From contig JAZGDW010000276.1 of assembly GCA_036478295.1 (NCBI GenBank), positions 1-22,886 on the forward strand: a stretch of 22,886 nucleotides of DNA. Direction: 5' to 3'. This stretch comes from Candidatus Krumholzibacteriia bacterium (lineage in GTDB: Bacteria > Krumholzibacteriota > Krumholzibacteriia > WVZY01). Under the pieces are notes generated by a model that did no database searches, had not been told where the DNA came from, and was given only the letters and a program-made list of their open reading frames with translations. Position 1 is the first letter of the stretch; every line of letters begins with the position of its first letter. Position numbers and translations under genes: made by a program. Of the stretch, positions 17,398 through 22,886 are shown in pieces.

Positions 17398-18000
17398 ATG
17401 GATATGACCTTGCACTGGCCGATACATCTGCGAACGGTAGTGCTGTTTGCTGCCCTGACCCTCGCCTCGGAGACCGCGTTTGCCAAGAGCCGAACGTTTG
17501 TGGTCGACATCGGCGACAGCACGATCATCGTCAAGATTACCGAGGACTTCGGCAATGTCTCGAAGGTCCGTGCGGAGTGCGTGATCCCGCGCCCGCAGAA
17601 AACCGTGTGGCGGGTGCTTACCGATTACGACAACCTGGAGGACGTCATTCCGATCGTCAGCGAGAGCTACGTCCTGGGTAAGGAAGACGGCACCACGATA
17701 CTGCGCCAACAGGGTCGCGCAGGCCTGTGGTTTCTGAAGCGCGACTTCACAGTAACATTCCGCGTTTCCGAAGTACCCATGGCGTACGTCGGGCTCGAGT
17801 CGTTCGAAGGCGACTTTCGTCACTTCAACGGGGCGTGGCAGATTGAGCAGCGCCAAGAGGGTACGTGGGTGGCACACACGTTAGAAATTCAACCGGATTT
17901 CTTCGCTCCGCGTTGGGCCATACGGCGCGTCGCCCGAAGCATCATCGAGGAAACAATCGAAAGCGTGATTCGATGGTGTCTCGCCCAGGAACACCGCTGA
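17398..18000 (+). CDS. SRPBCC/START-fold (polyketide cyclase/Coq10-like) protein with signal peptide
   Basis: VWRVLTDYDNLEDVIP..ES.V, EGDFRHFNGAWQI; N-terminal signal ending AFA-K; start ATG 17398 or 17404. Confidence 0.82.
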   Translation: MDMTLHWPIHLRTVVLFAALTLASETAFAKSRTFVVDIGDSTIIVKITEDFGNVSKVRAECVIPRPQKTVWRVLTDYDNLEDVIPIVSESYVLGKEDGTTILRQQGRAGLWFLKRDFTVTFRVSEVPMAYVGLESFEGDFRHFNGAWQIEQRQEGTWVAHTLEIQPDFFAPRWAIRRVARSIIEETIESVIRWCLAQEHR

Positions 18001-18013
18001 CCTCTTGGGCACG

Positions 18014-18069
18014 GGCGCTGTGCGGCCGCTTCCGTTGTACTCTCTGCGCCATCGCTCGATGAGCACCTG
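18014..18069 (-). pseudogene. Short IS3-family transposase C-terminal remnant
   Basis: Minus strand QVLIERWRREYN, then after a 1-nt shift RPHSA, matching the IS3 WRxxYNxxRPHSxL motif. Confidence 0.65.
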
Positions 18070-18088
18070 AGGTCTGAACCAAAACAAA

Positions 18089-18110
18089 AGTGGCAGATTA
18101 GTGGCAGATG
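18089..18110 (+). repeat. Arm-type site pair (AGTGGCAGA x2), right end of islet
   Basis: AGTGGCAGA at 18089-97 and 18100-108, ~42 bp from the att core. Confidence 0.75.
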
Positions 18111-18155
18111 TGGTGGTTGGTGAGGATTCCGCCTCGGCGCAACCGGTTGGAAACA

Positions 18156-18231
<76 letters not shown>

Positions 18232-18427
18232 ACCCGTAACAGGATTGTCTGGCAAGCGTCGTGAGGAGTGCCGGCACGCGGCCGGCGGATCTCGACGTTG
18301 GCCATGAATGATACTGGGCCGTCTGGCTTCTGGCAACAGAATTGTTGCTGCGGATGAAGTGGCGCTAGACGAAAGCGGGCGGCCGCTCGCTGCGACCGCC
18401 CGTGCACCCAAAGGGGGTTTGGATTTG

Positions 18428-18505
18428 AAAAACATCGCCCGCCGGGCACCGATCCCGATCCCTATCATCCCTTCCGCGATACGGCGCCCGGCAGAGTGGG
18501 CGATG
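18428..18505 (-). terminator. Long hairpin / possible terminator after the cytochrome operon
   Basis: CATCGCCC..GCCGGGC / GCCCGGC..GGGCGATG inverted repeat followed by TTTTT on the minus strand, right after the stop at 18508. Confidence 0.5.
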
Positions 18506-18507
18506 GA

Positions 18508-19599
18508 TCAGCGCTGACCCGAATGCGACTCGCCCGGCGTCGCGACGTACTCCTGCGGTGACACCGGCGTCCCAACCTGCATAAACTGGATCGATGACCT
18601 CAGGAGACCATCCATATACATGGGGTTGTGTATGCCGTGGCTGCGGTCTTCCTCCGCCAGAAGATAGTTCCACATGGCACCCGCCGAATCGGACGACGCG
18701 ATGATACGTGGATTGCTACTGCTCCCGATAGGATGACCCGCGGCGTCGATCAGGTTGGCCGCCTGCAGCTGCGCCTCCAACGTGGCCAGGAGGCCTTCGA
18801 TGTTGGTTTGCGTGAACTGATAATTGAAATTGGGCCCGATGTCGCCGTGACACCCTTCGCACGCGGCGGTGTTAAATGTCGTATCCGCCGCCTCGATATG
18901 TTTCATGTTGAAAGAGTGGCCACCCAACACCAGGTTGCTGGTCACGTCCTTGTGGCAATTGAGGCAGGCGTTGGCTTCTTGAGTGACCGGCGATAACGCC
19001 ATGCGGTGCTCAGTGATGAAGTAGTTGACGCCCGTATATTCATAACCGTTCGAGCCCATCACCATATCGCCCTGGACACTACCGTGCGGTCCCCAGTGCG
19101 AGCTCGTGACCTTGACCGTGTCGTTGGCCGTTCTCACGTAGGTTTCCACATTGCGCCGCGAATGATGGCATGATACGCAGAGATTCCCGGCACCCATGTC
19201 GAAGGTCGCCCCGTTTTCAAGCGTCGCATTCGTGGTCACCCTCAGACTGAAATCCGCGTTCGTATGCGGCGCGTGACAGGTGAAGCAGTGGATCGGCGTG
19301 GGATTGTCGACAACCCCGGGCACACTACCTCCCGTAACGCTCGCCACAAAGCCCTCGCTCGTGTGACAAACCACGCAGGACCCGGAATTACGGTCCAGGT
19401 TGTCACCGCTCGCGTGCTTGGAGCGCATCCATTGCTGATCGGCGGCCACAAGAAACGTGTTGTTGTCGCTATGGCAATCGAAACAATTCTGCGCTGTGGC
19501 GACCTGTTCGACCCGCGTAATCTCTCGGTCACACGCCCCCGTCGCCAGAACTAGCCCCAGCAACGCCACAAGCAGAAGGCCCTTGCTTAGTGCTGACAT
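18508..19599 (-). CDS. Hexaheme cytochrome c lipoprotein
   Basis: Lipobox TGA-C; six CxxCH (CFDCH, CVVCH, CFTCH, CVSCH, CLNCH, CEGCH); C-terminal helices with EDRSHGIHNP. Confidence 0.9.
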   Translation of the reverse strand: MSALSKGLLLVALLGLVLATGACDREITRVEQVATAQNCFDCHSDNNTFLVAADQQWMRSKHASGDNLDRNSGSCVVCHTSEGFVASVTGGSVPGVVDNPTPIHCFTCHAPHTNADFSLRVTTNATLENGATFDMGAGNLCVSCHHSRRNVETYVRTANDTVKVTSSHWGPHGSVQGDMVMGSNGYEYTGVNYFITEHRMALSPVTQEANACLNCHKDVTSNLVLGGHSFNMKHIEAADTTFNTAACEGCHGDIGPNFNYQFTQTNIEGLLATLEAQLQAANLIDAAGHPIGSSSNPRIIASSDSAGAMWNYLLAEEDRSHGIHNPMYMDGLLRSSIQFMQVGTPVSPQEYVATPGESHSGQR

Positions 19600-19626
19600 G
19601 CTGTCAAACCCCCTTCCGCTTCAGGA

Positions 19627-21216
19627 TCATTCTCCGATCCCGAAGTCATATGCGACGTTGAACCAGACAACGTTCGCGGTGTAGAAACGGTTCAGTAGAA
19701 TAAAGTCGTCGTAGTTATAGATGTTGTACTTCAGCTCCAGGTGGTAATCGTTCTTGTACGTGTAGACAGCTTCGAAGAACAGGGTCGATTTTTCGATATC
19801 CAGGTCCCCTTCCACGTCCATGTACGTGACGCCCGCGGCGCCCTCGAGCAGCCCGCGATATGCTGTCTCGACGCGTGCCGTCACGAACTGGCTGCGCGTG
19901 TTGAACGCCCCGACGCGGTCGTCAAACCTGTCTTCCGCGTAGGAGTAATCAGCACTGACACCCGACGCCAACCCGGCCCACAGAGGAGCGTCGTATCGGA
20001 CGTAGCCACTGACGTTTTCCCCTTCGATCTCCACGCCGATGTCGTTCAGCTCCCTGTTACGAATCACGTACCGGCTGCCGACAACGAGTTTCTTCATCAA
20101 GTCGATCTCGACCTTCGCAGCGATCCTCTCCGTTTCCGCGTCTTTGAGAAGGGTCACATTCTCGTCATCGTCCCGCGAGCGGTTCGAGTACTGTAAGCTC
20201 GCGCGAACCCTGTCGGGGTATCTTATGTTGGCACCGCCCCGGTACGTGTTGTAGCGGGTGAGCGACCGGTCGTCATCGTTCAACTCGTAGCTGTAACCAC
20301 CCCAGACCGCTCCGTAGCGATGCCAGTACTTCGCGTCGATATCGTGTTGAAAATTATCCGTCCGCAGGAGGGTGGCGTCGTCATCGATCTGGCGCGCAAG
20401 AAAGCCGTACTTGAATCGAAACCGCTGCACCGGCCGCACGATCCCTGAATAGCGGAATGTCTTCAGCGTGTGGTCGACGTCACTATTGGCGAGCTCCGTC
20501 TTGCCATAGGAGGCACGGAACACGTGCGTGAGCTTGTTCGTAAAGAGATCCGGCAAGAAGACCCGTGCTGAAACGATCTTGCCGTCTCGATCCGCCGTAT
20601 TGAACAGATCGTCGTTGTAAGCGGAAAACTCGTAGGCCAGCGTAACAAATCTCGGACCGCGCTTGACCTGACCCTCGATGCGGCCCGTATTCAACGTGTA
20701 ATCGTAACCGACCCCCAGATCGCTCTGCACGCCCGCCGGAAAGCTGGTACGGTTCCCCTCCCGTGTCATGTAATTGTAGTAGCCGGACAGGAACAACCAA
20801 TCCGCCGGCGTCACGCGCGTCGTAAAACGCCAATCCTTCCTGTCGGAGCTTACGAGCCGCTGCGGATCGAACACCTGGCGGTGTTGATCGTAACTGGTTT
20901 TGAAACTGAAATAGGAGGGCACTCTGAATTCGAACTGTCCCTTGCGGTTGTCGCGGTTGAGGTCGCGGAGGTTCAGGGTAAAAAACGTCCTGGGGTATGT
21001 CCCCGGGTCGAAACTGCCGCGCAAGAGAATGCCGGTCAGATTGAATCCGTCGTAGAAATTGAACGTCTCCTGCATAGACGAAAGATCTCCCACGTCCTCG
21101 TCGACGACGACACCGCCCAGCCGGATCGTACCCTCGACCTCTCCAGCCCGCGCCGACGCCGTGCACAGTACGACGACAGCGACGACCACCAGCAGAATAC
21201 TCAGCGTTGTCTTCAT
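19627..21216 (-). CDS. MtrB/PioB-like outer-membrane beta-barrel porin
   Basis: Start ATG 21216 (MKTTLSILL) overlaps the decaheme stop (TGATG); signal peptide; Tyr/Asp/Arg-rich beta-strands; ends VAYDFGIGE; lies directly after an MtrA-like gene. Confidence 0.8.
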   Translation of the reverse strand: MKTTLSILLVVVAVVVLCTASARAGEVEGTIRLGGVVVDEDVGDLSSMQETFNFYDGFNLTGILLRGSFDPGTYPRTFFTLNLRDLNRDNRKGQFEFRVPSYFSFKTSYDQHRQVFDPQRLVSSDRKDWRFTTRVTPADWLFLSGYYNYMTREGNRTSFPAGVQSDLGVGYDYTLNTGRIEGQVKRGPRFVTLAYEFSAYNDDLFNTADRDGKIVSARVFLPDLFTNKLTHVFRASYGKTELANSDVDHTLKTFRYSGIVRPVQRFRFKYGFLARQIDDDATLLRTDNFQHDIDAKYWHRYGAVWGGYSYELNDDDRSLTRYNTYRGGANIRYPDRVRASLQYSNRSRDDDENVTLLKDAETERIAAKVEIDLMKKLVVGSRYVIRNRELNDIGVEIEGENVSGYVRYDAPLWAGLASGVSADYSYAEDRFDDRVGAFNTRSQFVTARVETAYRGLLEGAAGVTYMDVEGDLDIEKSTLFFEAVYTYKNDYHLELKYNIYNYDDFILLNRFYTANVVWFNVAYDFGIGE

Positions 21217-22169
21217 CAGCGCATCCTCACCGACCCTCCGTGGCATCCGACGGTGAAGCACCCCTGCGGCTCCAGAGCCGGCGTCAAGAATTTGTCGTTT
21301 TGATACGAGCCGTGAATGTCGACATGACAATCGCTGCACGGCACGCCCGCCCACTGCGCGCCGTGCCGTGAATTGAACTGGTGTTTCGGCACGACGTGAC
21401 ATTGCGCGCACAGGGCAAAATTAGGGGATTCATATGTCTGGTTCAGCATCCGCGCGACATTGGAGCCATGCGCGGCATGACAGCTCAAACACCCGCCCTC
21501 CTCCGTAGAGAAATCGAGTGTCGCCTGGTGTTCAAACAGGAACGGTCCCTGGAACTGGTTGTGGCACGTGTTGCAGAGTTCCGTTGCACCCGCGTATTCG
21601 ATCTGCCGGTGGCTCTGGTCCAGCGCCATGTGGCATTCGCTGCATTTCACGATGCCATCGGCGACCGGATGGCGAAAAGACTTGCTGAAATCAGCTTTCA
21701 CTGCCGGGTGACACGACAGGCAAAGGTCGGGCTCATCATCCTTTAGGAGTTTTGCGCGTTTGTTATTGTGGACCCGGTGGCAGCCACTACAGTTGACATC
21801 GGCGTCGGCGTGGACGTTCCTTTCCAACATGTTCTGCTGGTGCGGATTGACGTGACACGACGAGCACACCAACGCACTCGTCACGACATCGGTCCGCGCG
21901 ATGTTCACCGGCTTGTTTTCGTCCGGGTCGTCCATGTGCAGTGCACCGCCGGCATGGCAGCTCGAACAGAACACCTTCACACCGGAACCCGTTTCGTAAA
22001 GCTGGTGGGCGCTGCCACGTACGGATTTGTCGTGGTCGTCATGACAATCCACACAGTCGGCGATATAGTCCTGGTCTCCAGCGCTGACCGGGGAGCCCGC
22101 AAAGAGGAGCACGAACGCAGAGAAAAAGGCGACGGAAGCCATGATCCAACCTGACCCTTCTCGTTTCAT
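21216..22169 (-). CDS. MtrA/DmsE-family periplasmic decaheme cytochrome c
   Basis: Start ATG 22169; signal peptide; ten CxxCH; FSKSFRHPV, GPFLFEH, CHAAHGS, CHVDIHGS family motifs; extra CFTVGCH. Confidence 0.92.
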   Translation of the reverse strand: MKREGSGWIMASVAFFSAFVLLFAGSPVSAGDQDYIADCVDCHDDHDKSVRGSAHQLYETGSGVKVFCSSCHAGGALHMDDPDENKPVNIARTDVVTSALVCSSCHVNPHQQNMLERNVHADADVNCSGCHRVHNNKRAKLLKDDEPDLCLSCHPAVKADFSKSFRHPVADGIVKCSECHMALDQSHRQIEYAGATELCNTCHNQFQGPFLFEHQATLDFSTEEGGCLSCHAAHGSNVARMLNQTYESPNFALCAQCHVVPKHQFNSRHGAQWAGVPCSDCHVDIHGSYQNDKFLTPALEPQGCFTVGCHGGSVRMR

Positions 22170-22198
22170 TTTTGAACCACCATGCTGGATGACGGTGC

Positions 22199-22216
22199 TT
22201 GTGAATTGTTTCTCAA
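22199..22216. promoter_or_regulatory. Rex-like operator 1
   Basis: TTGTGAA-TTGT-TTCTCAA, 1 mismatch to TTGTGAA-N4-TTCACAA. Confidence 0.7.
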
Positions 22217-22263
22217 AATCCTCTCTGAATGTCCCCATTCCGCGAGTTCACGTCAAGGCTTTT

Positions 22264-22281
22264 TTGTGAAATATTTAACAC
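22264..22281. promoter_or_regulatory. Rex-like operator 2
   Basis: TTGTGAA-ATAT-TTAACAC, 2 mismatches. Confidence 0.65.
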
Positions 22282-22337
22282 ACTGCTTTCCCAAGTTACG
22301 CAAGCCCGGGACCCACGTCGACCTCTTTCAGCGGAAC

Positions 22338-22351
22338 TTGATAAAAATCAA
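22338..22351. promoter_or_regulatory. FNR-type box
   Basis: TTGAT-AAAA-ATCAA, a perfect match to the FNR consensus. Confidence 0.55.
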
Positions 22352-22447
22352 CCACTTTAGGCTTGCCTTTCGCTTGCCGAAACGGGCAACGTCCTGTTAC
22401 ATTGGCTCCAGAAAGCGGAACCAGGGTTTGGGTTTTTTTGGAAAGTT

Positions 22448-22465
22448 TTGTGAAACTATTCACTT
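22448..22465. promoter_or_regulatory. Rex-like operator 3
   Basis: TTGTGAA-ACTA-TTCACTT, 2 mismatches, just upstream of the divergent cytochrome gene. Confidence 0.65.
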
Positions 22466-22548
22466 GTACATCCCCTCTTCACGGAGTAGAGACCCTGTTC
22501 AGGGCCTGCAAAACGCCCGGCAGACTGTCAGTTTCGTACGCTGCCGCC

Positions 22549-22886
22549 ATGATCGCGTTAGCGATTTCAAACCCGTCGCCGGCGCTGGCGCAACAGGAGT
22601 GCCTCCCCTGCCATCGTGGACCAGACGCTACCGGATCAGACGATTCGGCCCGTCAGGGAGCCGTCGATCGCGCGACATATGCCGGCTCCGTGCACGGCGA
22701 CCTGACCTGCGTCGACTGTCACGAAGACGTCACCGAGTCGTTACACGCCGAAACGCCACCGCCGGTCGACTGTTCGGCGTGTCACGACGACATACTGGCA
22801 GAATATCAGCCAAGCATTCATGCGTCAAGCAGGCGAAATGGCAAGAAAGACCCCGCCACCTGTTCGGATTGTCACGGCAAGCACGA
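22549..22886 (+). CDS. Multiheme cytochrome c, N-terminal part (CbcL-like), truncated by the window end
   Basis: Not in the ORF track; hand translation MIALAISNPSPALAQQECLPCH...YAGSVHGDLTCVDCH...PPVDCSACH...YQPSIH...PATCSDCHGKH gives four CxxCH in 112 aa. Start may lie upstream (CTG 22495). Confidence 0.88.
   Translation, partial: MIALAISNPSPALAQQECLPCHRGPDATGSDDSARQGAVDRATYAGSVHGDLTCVDCHEDVTESLHAETPPPVDCSACHDDILAEYQPSIHASSRRNGKKDPATCSDCHGKH

Noticed and set aside
18508..19599. NrfA nitrite reductase call
   Set aside because: No CxxCK active-site motif, six rather than five hemes, and the protein is shorter than NrfA.

Overview
GC-rich bacterial window. The FlgD/T9SS-like secreted protein and the kinase-TPR receptor suggest an FCB-group lineage such as Krumholzibacteria, Latescibacteria or Eisenbacteria; this is an inference. 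From left to right: (1) a minus-strand operon of an MMPL/RND transporter, a LolA-like protein and an outer-membrane beta-barrel, driven by a perfect sigma70 promoter and divergent from an ArsR regulator with a C-terminal CxxxC; (2) oligopeptidase B, a probable beta-barrel, a membrane Ser/Thr kinase-TPR protein, a ~1036-aa secreted protein with a FlgD/T9SS-like C-terminus, and a small basic lipoprotein; (3) a ~2.8-kb integrase-less islet in tRNA-Phe(GAA), bounded by a 51-bp direct repeat with paired AGTGGCAGA arm-like sites. It carries a MenG/UbiE-like methyltransferase, a divergent UbiA-like membrane protein, an SRPBCC/START protein and a tiny IS3 scar; (4) a putative extracellular electron transfer locus of MtrA/DmsE decaheme, MtrB-like porin and hexaheme lipoprotein. 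It is divergent from a truncated CbcL-like multiheme gene, and the shared promoter holds three Rex-like boxes and a perfect FNR-type box.
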